Shown here one piece after another: positions 50,721 to 63,600 of a stretch of 64,000 nt of DNA. The stretch covers positions 166,601,741 through 166,665,740 of the forward strand of contig CM041465.1 in NCBI GenBank assembly GCA_023213395.1. The letters run 5' to 3'. Origin of the DNA: Cycas panzhihuaensis. Lineage: Eukaryota; Plantae; Cycadophyta. The notes beneath the pieces are model-generated. The model searched no databases. It saw only the letters and a list, made by a program, of their open reading frames with translations, and had not been told where the DNA came from. Numbering within the stretch: the first letter of the stretch is position 1; each line of letters starts with the position of its first letter. Both the position numbers and the translations under genes were made by a program.

Positions 50721-51586
50721 TCTTTTGAACCTTTTTATATGTACTCTTAATGTGTAATCCACCTTGCGGTCATTGAGTGATATGTGACACTCACACTTGT
50801 GGTGGTGTGAATACTCCTCCATTTACTTTCCTTCATTACAAAACTCATTATAGGTCTGTGAATTATTGGCTATAGTTTGCCAGATTCACTGAGACTTGAA
50901 GGAAGTTTTAAAGATAACATTTTCCAACCTTACAAAGGCCTATGGAAGTTGTTAAAGGAGAAGACAGGAAACCATAGTAGATCCAATTAATGGCATGGCA
51001 CGACATGGCATGACAAAATAGGAACCTAGAAAACTAGCAATTATTATTTGTCAGTTGTTGATGAGTTGATTATTCATGGAAATGTGTTTGCATATGATGC
51101 ATGGAGACTCTTATGGATTAGGTAGAGTCTAGATACTTGCTTTACTCTTGTAAAATGTCTATGCTCTATCTCTCTTCATTTGCTAAATTGAAGGAGATAA
51201 GTGTAATATGTTGCTAAAATTGTGGAGTACATCACTCTTAAGAGTCTGCATGAGGCTTATCATACCTTTGTAACAAGATTAAACTACCTTACCCTCTTTC
51301 ATTTGTGAGTTGGATAGCTTATTGATGTAGCTTATTGTGTTATGGTTATGATAGTAGTGGTGTTGTGGTGTTAATGAAAACACCTAACAATTTAATGAAG
51401 CAACAATGACTTGGCAAAAATAATAGTGCATAGAAACAAGTATGATATTGTATGCCAATATGATGATATTTGGAGAGGCAGGACCAAGGGCATGGCATTC
51501 ATGTAATGATGATCGCAACTAGCATGTACTGCATGAGGATGATGAAATCCTCTTTGGTAGCTTGGTACAGGCAACTGCAAAGGCAT

Positions 51587-51802
51587 GATCAACAACAGGA
51601 TGTGTATTGAACACTTAGTTTTGGTTGATCCTAATCAACAACAGGATGTGCGTTGACCACTTAGTTCTAGTTGATCTCTTGCAACAGTAGAGGCCGAATC
51701 AACAACAAGATGTGTTTTGGCACTAAGTTCTGGTTGATTTCTTATAGCAATAGAAGCCTAATCAACAACAGGATGTGTATTGGCACGCACTTATAGTTGA
51801 TC
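51587..51802. repeat. Four ATCAACAACAGGATGTG...CACTTAGTT.TGGTTGAT units
   Basis: Direct reading; each unit is bounded by an ATCAAC/GTTGAT inverted pair. Confidence 0.85.
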
Positions 51803-52439
51803 TCTTGGAGTAGTAAGAAACGATTGACAGTTTCTTTGTCTTCCAACGAGGCAGTATACAAAGTAGCAGTTATAGCATCCTTGAAGCCGCTTTTGGCTTA
51901 ATGGACTTCTTAACCATATGTGACTTGTTCAGTTATTCTACGACAAGCAAGGTGCCTTCCGGCTATCAAAGAATTGGGTTTCCATGACAGAATTAGGCAT
52001 GTGGAAGTTTACCATTGTTCTATTCGACAACAAGTGGAGCATGGCATAATTGAGTTGATTTATTGTCCTTCAAAAGATCAAATTGTTGATTTTCTCACCT
52101 AGACTTTGGGTTGTGGGAAGTTTGAGAGACTTAGGACACTGGTGTTTAGGAGAAGAAATGAACTTAATATTATGGGAGGGTGTTGGAAATAATGTACATT
52201 CCCATTTCATGTTCATTTATCATGTAATTAGAATATTTTCTCACATGATATATTCTTTTTTTTTGATGAGGTAAAAGGATTGATATGGGTTTTAAAGGAC
52301 CACAAAACCTTTTACATCAATTGCCTGTCGGGCAAAAGCAAAATGGCCATGACAAGCCCATGGCCTAGCTAAACCCTAGTCATCACAAACACACTACCTT
52401 GACAAGCCTGATGGCTGGCTCTGCTGCCTCTCTTGGCCC

Positions 52440-55400
52440 CCCTCCTCCTCAACCATTCTCAAAATGTCCTCTAGAAGATCCTCTCCCCAAACCATAGATC
52501 CTCTATGACTAACCCCCCAGTTTGCCAACTTATCTGTCGCCTTGTTACCCTCTCAGTAGGTATGTCTGAGTTGAATAACCTCAACTCCTTTCAAAATTTT
52601 TTGCGTATCCCTAATCAAAATTTTTGTTCTCTAGTCCGGATTCGTTGTACCTCTGAGGAGATTAATCACGTTTAGTGAATCCCCTTCTAAATCTATCTTA
52701 TCATGACCCCAAACTATAGCCAAATCCACGGCTTTCATCATAGTTGCCATCTTAGCCCCATGGTTTGTTTGTTGACCATAGTATTCAGCATAAGCCCACT
52801 TAACACCCCCTTTAGAGTCTCTACAAATACCCCCTCCCTCGGCTTCCCTAGGGTTTCTGTTCGAGGTCCCATCAAAATTGATTTTAACCCACGAGTCCCT
52901 AGGGGAAACCCAAGAACAAGACCTTCTATGCTCCTTTTGGATCTTAGGAGTAATCCCCCACTTTTTAAAATTGGAGCTCTCTTGAATCGTCACATATTTA
53001 TCATCTATGGGCTTTCCTATCTCCTGCATCTCACTATGAATGATGCTGAAAATTCTGTGTTCGTCAAGTTGTCTGTCTTGGAAGACCCTCCTGTTTCTCT
53101 CCTTCCATAGATTCCACATCAATAATAGAAGGGACACCCACCAGATGCTAGATAGAGATCTGCTCTTGAAAGGGCTACACCAGGATAGCAAATGCTTCGC
53201 TAGAGTCCCAGAGTTCACCCACTAGACCTCAAATAGGCCCAAAAGTAGCCTCCACACTTTCTTAGCAAAATCACAGTGAAGAAGAATATGATCTACTGAT
53301 TCTTCCTTAGCCCGACGGAGGGCACACCTGTTTGGCATGACAAACCCCCTCTTCCTGAGATTATCAATTGTGAGTATTTTATTTTTCAAACAAACCCACT
53401 AAAACACAATGGTCTTTGGGTACTGGTCAAGTTTCCAGACCCCTTCCAGAAGTGGGTTCCTCTAGTTCCCCCTTTCAAGGCATAAGTGGTGACATCCCTG
53501 CTTCACAGAATGATCACCCGAGTGGGATAAAGGCCACACCATAGAATCTGTTTCCTCCTTTTTTGGGATATAACACTTCTCGATTTCTGTTCTCAGGGTA
53601 GCAATCGTACCTCAAGATCCTCAAATCTTGTCTAACTTCTATCTCTGCCCCTACCTACCTAGTAGTCTTTCACATTTATCTTGTAACTCCTCTCACACAG
53701 CATTTGCAGGGGGCCAGATCAGGTCTGCTATTTAGCTTCGAATCACCACACCAAACATCCTCCCTGAAGCTTATAGTATTACTATCTCCCAACCTCCATT
53801 GTGCCCCTTTCTTTATCAATTCTCTAGATTTCAGGATGCTTCCCCAAATGGGGGATCCTTGGGGGATGACATGTTTGCATTTAGAAGATTCCCTCCCTAG
53901 AGATACTTTTGGGTCAATATCCTTTCCCATAAACCTCCTACCTTTTTGGCCAGGTGCCAGCCTATCTTCGCAACTAAAGCATTGTTAAAAAGTGAGAGTC
54001 TTCTAAGGTTTAAATCTCCTGCCCATTTTGGGAAGCAAACCTTATCCTAGCCCATTAGCTGAATTTTGTCCTTTTCCTCCACCTTGGACTAGAGGAATCT
54101 CTATTGAATAGATTCCATCACTGCTAAAACCCTACTCGGCAGTCTGAACAAAGTCATCAAGTACATTGGAATGCTTTGAAGGGAAGTGGCAACCAATAGA
54201 GCCTTCTCGGCTTGACCAAGGATAACTCTCTTCCACCTAGCTAACTTCCTTTGGATCTTGTCTATAACAGGATCCCACATCTCCTTAGTCACATTTCCCA
54301 CAAATAAGAGCATATCCAAATGTGAGGTGGGAAACTTTCGAACCATAGCCCGCTTTAAGTCTCCTTTAATAATATCCTAGAATCCTAGATAGAATCTAGG
54401 AGGAAAACCATTCGGGCCCCGTGCCTTCTCCCTCTTCATCCCAAAAATTGCTTTTTTAATTTCCTCCATGGTAAAGGGGACTTTGAGCAGATCGTTTTGG
54501 GCTTCGTTGACCAGATTATGAATAGTCCTAAGGAAAACCTTTATGGCCTCCTCATCTTGGCATATCGGTTTGTCAAACAACTCTTTAAAGTAATCCATAA
54601 TGGAGGCCAACAGGTGATCCTGGTCCTTAACTTCCTGACCATCTTTGTTAAGGAGATTACCAATTCTATTACTTACTCCCTGTTTCATAGCTGTCATGTG
54701 AAAAACTTTGGTGTTTCTGTCTCCCTCGGCCAGCCAAAGAGCCCTTGATTTTTGTCTCTAGTGAATTTCCTCCTTGATTAAGGAGTCCTCTAAGTTCTCA
54801 ACCAACTCTTTTTCTGCTTTGTTCAGCTCTTGAGATCTTCCTTCCTCGGATCCTCCTCTCAGTAACTTCAAGGTCCCTAATGATTGTTCCTTTGATGCAA
54901 AAATATTTCCATACTCCTCTTTATTCCATCTTTTCACTTGCCTCTTGACCTAGTCCAACTTCTTTGAGAACCTATACATCGCATGCCCCTGGACAAGAAT
55001 CTTCTACCAATCTTCAATCCTGTCTCTTAAATTTGGATGTCTGACCCACATCATTTTGAATATGAATGGAGATCCTTTGTGCTTCTCAGTATCAGAAAAA
55101 ATGAGCTGGAGAGGTGAGTGATCTGATATGGCTTTCGGTAGCACTTCTAAATCTATATCATTAAAACATCTAGCCCAATCATAGTTAATCAGCACTCTGT
55201 CGAGCTTCACCTAGATATGCTGGCTCCCAATCCTTCTATTTGACCAGGTGAACTTAGCTCCTTTAAGAGGTACATCTAGTAACCCTCCTCTTTTTATAAA
55301 GCTACTAAGATCATGCATGCTACTCGATCACCCCTCTTGCCCCCCTCTCTTCTCCCTCGAGGTAAGGGGCGAGTTTAGGTCACTAGCCACCACCCAAGGC

Positions 55401-55782
55401 GAAATGCACTCTCTGTGATCCTCCAAAGCTCTCCTCCCCTCTTATTGGTTTGGAGCATATACATTCATAGCCATCCACTTTAAGTTTGACCTTCTACACG
55501 TGAGCCACACAGAGATAAAGCCATCCCCCACCTTGAAAATCTTCCCCTCCCAATCAATTGGGTTACATAGCACCATCAATCCCTCTGCCCCTTGGTTGCT
55601 GTCCATTGCCACCAACTCAGCTTTCTTCCAGATCTTATCTTTAATTCTTAAACTATTTTCTATATTCATTCTAGTTTCTTGCGGGAAAATAATATCTGGT
55701 TGCTCTCTCAACCTCATATCTTTCAAGACCCTTTGTTTTGAGGGGGCATTCAGTCCCCTAATATTTCAAGAGATTAGCTTCA
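52440..55782 (-). pseudogene. L1 ORF2 (APE, [RT missing], zf-RVT, RNase H)
   Basis: KARGPNGFPPRFY...DIIKGDLKRA is joined directly to RKFPTSHLDMLLF at ~54345. Confidence 0.88.
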
Positions 55783-55789
55783 TCTCTTT

Positions 55790-58145
55790 CTCTTAGGTTT
55801 CCAGATCTCCCCTCCATCCTGTTTTAGGCCTTGACGAGCCTCCTCTCTAGGTTTTAATCTTGGTCCTTCTAGAAAGCCATCCTTTAAAGTCTTCTGGTTG
55901 CCCTGATCTATTTGAGAGGCTGATCTATTTCAGAGGGGGGTCTCCCTATTCTTTTTTCTGACCCACCTCTCTCTGCTCTTCTTGGGGGGCTGTGTCCTAG
56001 ATTAACCCCTCTTTTCCTGGGCCCCTTGAGACCTCCTGTCTTCCCCTTAGATCCGGCCCCTCAACTGTCTTATCCTCCCTAAGAGGGGTAACCTCATCAT
56101 CCCTCTTTATGAGTCCTTGGATCTCCTCTCCCTCCTCTAATAGGGTGTCCTCCATTTCAGGGTTAAAGCCTAGCTTGTCTTCCTCAACATCCAAACGGGG
56201 GCTCGCTGGGCCTCTCATTTCCTAAAGATCCTCCTCCTTGGACAAGCTATCCTCTGGCACAGGGTTCTCTTCCTGCCTCACCTCCTCCTCTTTCCTTTCC
56301 CCTGGGCATTTTTGAGGCAAGTGACCCAGCCTTCTACACACCGAGCATCTAAAGTTATCCAGCTCATACACCAAAGGTTGCTCCTTGCTCCAACCCTTCA
56401 TATCAATCCACACATTGTCTGGAAGGGGCTTGTCAATCTTGGCTAGAACACAAAACTTGGCGTTTATCAGTCTGCTTCTGTTTCTGGTAGCAGAATCTAT
56501 AGCCAGAAGTGGATTGATAGCTCTCGCCATCCCCTTGATAATCTCCATGTGCCAAAACTGGAGGGGAAGATCGGGTAACTGTACCCAAACCGGAGCTTGC
56601 TTAATCGTAGGCACTGTTTGATCAAAATTGGAGTGCCATTTTTTCAAGAGCAGGGCCTTCCTCCCTAACATCTAGGGAGCTTTCAAGAGAATATTTGAAT
56701 ATCTCCTCTTCCTCCTCCAATAAGGTGTCCTCCATCTTAGGGTTAAAGCCCAGCTTGTCTTCCTCAACATCCAAGCAGGGGTTCGCTGATCTTCTTATTT
56801 CTTGAAGATCCTCCTTCTTGGACAAGCTATCCTTTGGTACATTGTTCTCCTGCCTCACCTCCTCCTCTTTCCTTTCCCTTGGGCATTTTTGAGGCAAGTG
56901 ACCCAGCCTTCTATACACCGAGCATCTAAAGTTATCCAGCTCATACACCAAAGGCTGCTTCTTACTCGAACCCTTCATATCAATCCACACATTGTCTGGA
57001 AGGGGCTTGTCAATCGTGGCCAGAACACAAAACCTGGCATTTATCAGTCTACTTACGTATGCAGTAGCGAGAATCTCTGACGAGAAGAGGATTCTGACTC
57101 TTGCCATCCCCTTGATAATCTCAATGTTCCAAAACTGGAGGGGAAGCCCGTGTAACTGTACCCAAACCAGAGCTTGCTTAATCGTAGGCACCGTTTGATC
57201 AAAATTGGAGTGCCATTTTTTCAGGAGTAGGGCCTTCCTCCTTAACATCCAGGGAGCTTTCAAGAGAATATTTGAATATCTCCTCTTCCTCCTCCAATAA
57301 GGTGTCTTCCATCTTAGGGTTAAAGCCCAACTTGTCTTCCGCAACATCCAAGCAGGGGCTTGCTGGGCTTTTTATTTCCTGAAGATCCTCCTTCTTGGAC
57401 AAGCTATCCTCTAGCACGTAGTTCTCCTGCCTCACCTCCTCCTCTTTCCTTTCCCCTAGGCATTTTTGAGGCAAGTGACCCAGCCTTCTACACACCGAGC
57501 ATCTAAAGTTATCCAGCTCATACACCAAAGGTTGCTCCTTGCTCCAACCCTTCATATCAATCCACACATTGTCTGGAAGGGGCTTGTCAATCTTGGCCAG
57601 AACACAGAACCTGGCGTTTATCAGTCTGCTTCTGTTTCTGGTAGCAGAATCTATAGCCATAACAGAATTAATAGCTCTTGCCATCCCCTTGATAATCTCC
57701 ATGTTCCAAAACTAGAGGGGAAGACTGGGTAACTGTACCCAAACCAAAACTTGCTTAATCGTAGGTACCGTTGGATCAAAATCAGAGTGCCATTCTTCCA
57801 GGAGTAAGGCCTTCCTCCCTAACATCCAGGGAGCTTTCAAGAGAATATTTGCAATGTCTTCCTAGGTTGCAAATTTAAACAACACACAACCCTTCAGGAG
57901 GGCCATGACTTCCATAGGGTTACGTAACCTTCACCTATTCCTTGTCCAGCTTTTTATTGCATCCAAACTAGTTTGGGTCCTGAGAATCTGCCAACTAGGC
58001 AGTTCTTCCAATGCTTCTTTGTTTTCTCAACCAACTTCTTTGGGACTGGTATCCTGATTTTGTCATTTTGGAATATAGGGGTTATCTCACATTCTTCCTC
58101 CTCTCCTGTTTTTAACACCTTCGAGTAGGATCTCCCTGGAGACAC
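55790..58145 (-). pseudogene. L1 ORF1 (RRM-like plus zinc knuckle), disrupted by internal triplication
   Basis: MSPGRSYSKVL...CLVGRF; APVWVQLPDLPLQFW; CX2CX4HX4C; three tandem copies at 56118-57851. Confidence 0.9.
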
Positions 58146-59129
58146 GTTTGCAGACTAGTTACAGGATTTGGGTTCCATTACAAATTTTTGCTCACCCTAA
58201 GATACATCAAAACATGCACAATCAAAGCAGCATCAAAGCACATGAATCTCACCTGGGGAAAACATTCAGGTTCCTTTTCTCTTCTATCCTCTGTGCTGAA
58301 CTCCGTACTCCATGGTTCTAGTATACGGTCGATGCTAATACTGGAGTCTTGAACTACATCTAGCTTGTGGGTCCTTCTCCATCTGCGTTTGAAGACATGA
58401 TGGCTTTTGTCCTTCTTACTTAGGAGACTCTCTCCTTTGTCGAATAAGGGCACCACTTCCATGAATCTGCATCTCAGTGGCCCAAAGGACTCTGCGTTAG
58501 AGGCCCCGACATCTTCCCCTTTCCTTCTGGGAGGTGTTGTTACCCCCCTGCACCTGTCTGGGACACGCCAACCCCTCTCAGCATCGCCATCGCCCTGGTT
58601 TGCCTCGTCGTCGCTGTCGTATCCCTAGTCGATTCGCAAAACCCTAGCAATCGATTCTATCTCACATGGAATATTCTTAGTGAGAAAATATTCTTAGAAT
58701 ATTCTTGGTCAAGTCATTCAATATGGTGGTTAGTAGGAGTCAAATATGGTTGAAATATTAAATATGGTAGTTGATAGCCTACCATATTTTGAGGGGGTTA
58801 GTACATTTGTATTCTATGTATTATGTACTCTACTATTTTTATAATGAGATTGTTGGAGAGTTGTGAAACATTGACATATTGTCATCTCCTGCTTATTTGT
58901 GCATGTGCTTTATGTCATGTCTCCTCCTCTTATCCACTTTCTTCCTACAATCTATAGTAGTCAATTTGTATGAATGATTAAACTTGTATAACGATGTTCT
59001 AAAGTCCATCAATGATTAGTTATATTTAGATTCATTTACCTCATATGTTTCAAAATTGGCTTGTACTTGCCCCTTGGGTTCATTTGGTAAATTTGGTGGA
59101 CTTGTTGAATGGGACTACAACTGCCATTT

Positions 59130-60646
59130 TGTTAGAGATATTTAAATGAAATGTTATGATATCATGTTAAAATTATTATATGAGAAATTATGATACCATG
59201 ATAAAGAAAGATGCAACGTGCACTGGCTCAAAATACAAATGGAATTAGAAGAATGATCAATCTTCATTTATTGCATTAGAATATGTACATATTTATAGAA
59301 GCAATTCACCTTTTAGAGAACTGATGAAATTGAAGAACCTCTTAGATGACCTATAAAAATATATGAGGATGTGAGCTCTAAACGCACAATTTAGTAATGT
59401 TCATATATTAAAAATCTTTGCAAGCGTGCACCTTTTGGTCAATGTTTGAGGGATAACTAACTCGCTAAATAATAACAATAATCATGGATGAATCATGAAT
59501 TGAACATTATTTTCCAACATTCCCCCATAATGTTTAATTCATATATTTGCCACAACTAATTTCACACAATTTTCATAGTGCACCCTATCCTTCTTTAATC
59601 ACACAGTTTTCACCCCTTCCTTTTGCTATGTTCAAGAAAGGGGTAACCTTATAGTTCACCCTCTTTTAATCACACAATAGGATCTTGGCTAGATACGTTG
59701 CTTCAACTATGCTTCCTCCTTATTTCTTATTAAGATACTTGTCTTGACTCTTGGCCTTGATTTGCTTATGTCTATATAAAAAATCAATCATCTACTGGAA
59801 AACATGGGTAATTGTTTGTTGTAAGCACCATTTCTCAACATTTGTATCTTGGATTGTACATACGATAGAGAATGACACACATCATAATTTCACTTGTTGG
59901 ATTTTTTAGCAAATCGATTCTTTTTGCCAACTTCTTGTTATTCTTATAGCCATTCTTGTAGGATACCATGATCATGATAATTTTTTAGCAAATCGATTCT
60001 TTTTGCCAACTTCTTGTTATTCTTATAGCCATTCTTGTAGGATACCATGATCATGACCTATCAAAGCAGTTTGTAAAAGCACAAAATCAATTTTGAAACA
60101 AGAGTGGCCTCACTCAACCCTCGAAGGAATAAGGGTCTTAATCAATCTTGTTTCCTTAAGCAACTAGAGGAATGGGTATTCTGGCCATTTGCCTCTTTGT
60201 TTTTGACATTATACATCATAATCATGAATTCCATATGTTCATGATCGATATATAATTGCTTTCTCACTAATGTTAAATATTGCAAATGTTGCATATTTTT
60301 ATATTATTTGTGCAATGGTTAATACATTTTATTTGATAAGTGTTGGCGCCCTTTAATTCATGTCTTAATCATATCCTGATCATGTACTATCAAAGTAGTT
60401 TATAAAAGCACAAAATCAAATTTGAACCACATACAAATGAACATTTTAGTTGTGTATTGCCATTTAACACACACGAAACTGACAATTACGTTACATCAAG
60501 AATGTGACATTTCACCTCTTTTGACTATGTACTCTTCTCATCTTAAATATGTTCTCATAAATGAGCACATAGTTAATTGTTAGAACCAACATATGCCTAA
60601 ACTATTGCTAAAGGGAACTATCATTAAGTCATATGGACGACCAATC
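59130..60646 (-). mobile_element. Family C LTR element: 3' LTR 59130-59519, PPT, non-coding internal part cut by Copia
   Basis: Homologous to 15770-16176 (reverse complement); PPT reads TATGGGGGAA on minus at 59520-59529. Confidence 0.75.
59901..60056. repeat. Perfect 77-bp direct duplication
   Basis: 59901-59977 is identical to 59980-60056. Confidence 0.95.
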
Positions 60647-63600
60647 TATGAAAATGGCCTAATGGCCTTACAATCCCAAGATCTAGAAGCTAGGTTCACT
60701 CTAGTTCTAGAAAGCAAATAAGCTAGACAAGAATGAAACTATAAGATCAAATATGAGCAAGATCAAGCATAAAGAGAAAGAGCAAGAAAGTGACACCAAA
60801 GATGAGGAGTTGGAATTGGTCCACCTCCAAATGAATAACAGTTTGATTAGCAAACTGACAGCATAACAATACAGCTCCAACTCTCTATGAGAACAATGAG
60901 GAGAGGTCTCATTATATAGAGTGAAAGGAGAGATCTAAGGCATTGGATGTTTGGCAAGTGTCAAACATCCAAGGTACATGCCTTGCATGTAGGACGTGTC
61001 ATTTTAGGGCTCTCAAGTGAGCAAAAGTGCATGGGGGTCCATTTGACCCTTTAGTGGCAATGTTGTGTCATTAGGAAAGAATGTGGGTGTGCACTTTATA
61101 ACTTAAGTGATAAGTCACCCCTAAACTACAAAAGTACACATATTACATGAAAAATAAAGTACATTGGTTTAACATGTAAACATAAGGTTTAACACCCCCC
61201 CTTGTTGTTTACAATGTTAAGTCGGACCCCTAGACCATCTCTAAATTTTACAAATTTTTCTCTACCAAGTGGCTTGGTAAAGATATCTACTGTCTACTGT
61301 TCTATTGGTCTATACTGAAGGTTGATTTCACCACTTTGAACATGCTCTCTGATGAAGTGATGATGAACCTCAATATGTTTGGTCCTTGCATGAAAGACAG
61401 GATTCTTGGCCAACTTGAGCATACTTTGATTGTCGCAATAAATCCTGGTGAGATGATCCTGCTCAAGTCCAAGTTCCCCAAGAATCCGTTGTAGCCAGAT
61501 AGCTTCACAAGGCTACCGATCAGCTTTGTACTGCCTTGGAAGACAAGGTAACATTGGGTTGCTTCTTGCAACTCCACGAAACAACTGCTGAACTAAGGGT
61601 AAAACAGTAATCCAAGGTTGATCCCCTGCTATCCAAGCAACCTGCCCAATCAGAATCTGAGAACTCTTCCAGAGTGAAGTTCTCATCATGTGCATACTCA
61701 AGGCCATGCTGCAATGTGCCTTTGATGTATTTGAGTATGCGTTTAGCTGCATTCTAATGTTTCTGATTGGGTTGAAACATGTATCGAGAACAAATCCCAA
61801 CTGCAAATGAAATATCCGATTGAGTGTTGGTTAGATAAATGAGGTTACCAATCAATTGCCGGTAAAGAGTGGCATTTGCAGGTTCAACTTCCTCATTAAG
61901 AGTAAGCTTTGTTCCATTCTCCATGGGTGTAGGTGCTGATTTGCAGTCGTGCATCCTGAACCGCTGCAAATGTTCCAAGAATATTTGGCTTGGGAGATGA
62001 GGATATAGCTTGGCTGTTGCCATACTTCAAAGCCTAAGAAATAATGGAGAAGTCCAAGATCTGTCATCTCAAAACTCCTCTTCAAATCATCCTAGAGAAT
62101 CTGTATCATCTTAGTGTCGTTGCCAGTGATCACTAAGTCATCTACATACAAGACAATGAAAATGGCATTATCTTTCCCAACTTTGATATATAAGTTAGGA
62201 TCTGAAGTAGATCAATGAAACCCATGTCTGAGAAAGTAATCATCAATCTTTGAGTACCATGCTCTTGGAGCTTGTTTCAAGCCATATAATGCTTTTTTTA
62301 GGCGACAAACTAAATGCTCCTTGCCTTGTACCTTGTAACCGGGAGGTTGTTCCAAGTATACCTCCTCTTGAAGATCGCCATTGAGAAAGGCGCTCTTCAC
62401 GTCCATCTGAAAAAGTGACCACTTGCATTGAGCTGCTAAGGCCAAGATGAGTCTGATGGTGTTCATGTTAGCCACTGGTACAAAAGTCTCCTTGTAGTCT
62501 ATGCCTTCCTTTTGTTTGAACCCTTTTGCCACAAGGCAGGCCTTCTAGTGCTTAAGTGTACCATCATAATGGAATTTGGTCTTGTAGACCCATTTGTAGC
62601 TGATTGCCTGTTTGTGTTTAGGCAATTCGACCAAATCCCAAGTTCCATTTGTGTTTCTTCATCCATGGTAGCCTTCTAATTTTCATTTTTAGAAGCCTCC
62701 TCAAAGGTGGAATGCTCATCAACACATAGCACTTCAACCATTAGTGCAAAATTGTTTTGTTGTCTGTATTTTGATGGATGTTTTCCTTCAATAATGTGGT
62801 CGTCCTGCATTGTTTAAGTATACCATTTTGGTAACTTTTTAATTGATGTGACTTGAACCTCAAGATCTTTTGGTCTAAGTGGTTGATCAACAGAAGATGT
62901 GCTAGGATCAAGTGGAGGTAAATCTGATGATGTGGACGGTCTAGTAGGTGTAGATGATGTACATGGAGTTGAAGATTGAGAGGGAAGGAAGGCATCAACA
63001 ATCTTTTTTCCTTTGTCAATGGGGGGTTGCATGGATGCTGTATGCAACTCCTTATGGTCTTCTTCAACAAAGATTACATCTCTTGAGAGATGCATTTTCT
63101 TTCCAATGGGATCATACAACTTGTAGGCTTTGCTATGAATGGCATAACCTACAAAGATGCAATTTAGACTATGCTTGTCTAATTTTGATTTTTGTTGATC
63201 GGGGATGTGCATATAAGCAGTGCACCTAAAAGTCCTCAAATGGATGACAGTTGGTTTTTTGCCAGACCATGCCTCATCTGGTGTGATGTCGGTGACTGTT
63301 GTTGTTGGACTTCGATTTGCCACATCGGCAGCTGTGTGGAATGCCTCTGCCCAGTAAGCTCGAGTGAGTCCTTTTGCATGCATCATTGCTTTGACTTTTA
63401 GCCAAAGTTCTATTCATTCTTTCGGAGACTCCATTTTGTTGAGGAGTGTGAGGAATAGTAAGTTGTTTCCGAATGCCATTATCCTTGCAGAATTGGGTGA
63501 ATTTGTTTGAAGTAAATTCAGCTCCATTGTCTATCCGTAGTGTTGTGATGGATTGGCCAGCCTCATTCTCCACTTCAAGCTTGAATTCTTTAAACTTTGA

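Larger units (their letters stand above)
52256..58659 (-). mobile_element. Full-length plant L1 LINE with RNase H domain; RT deleted
   Basis: Poly(A) at 52256-52264; ~17-bp TSD TCTCACATG(AT/GA)ATATTC at 52239-52255 and 58660-58676; ORF1 with knuckle CSVCRRLGHLPQKC; ORF2 APE (QET, NVYAP, KLDRVL, SDHSP), zf-RVT, and RNase H WVKINFDGTS. Confidence 0.95.
48535..58949 (+). mobile_element. Non-autonomous Copia-derived LTR element with a LINE nested in its 3' LTR
   Basis: 5' LTR 48535-48945; PBS TGGTATTAGAGC 48946-48957; PPT ATGGGAGGG 52172-52180; 3' LTR 52181-52255 plus 58660-58949; TSD ATCTA at 48530-48534 and 58950-58954. Only gag traces and an RNase H tail (FHDRIRHVEVYHC...DQIVDFLT) remain. Confidence 0.93.
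48030..59129 (+). repeat. Intronic ~220-290-bp tandem repeat, three diverged copies (48030-48250, 48320-48534, 58950-59129), split by the 48535 insertion
   Basis: Shared AAACTTGTAT.A...TATTTA.A.TC...CATTTG.T.AATTTG motifs in all three copies. Confidence 0.7.
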
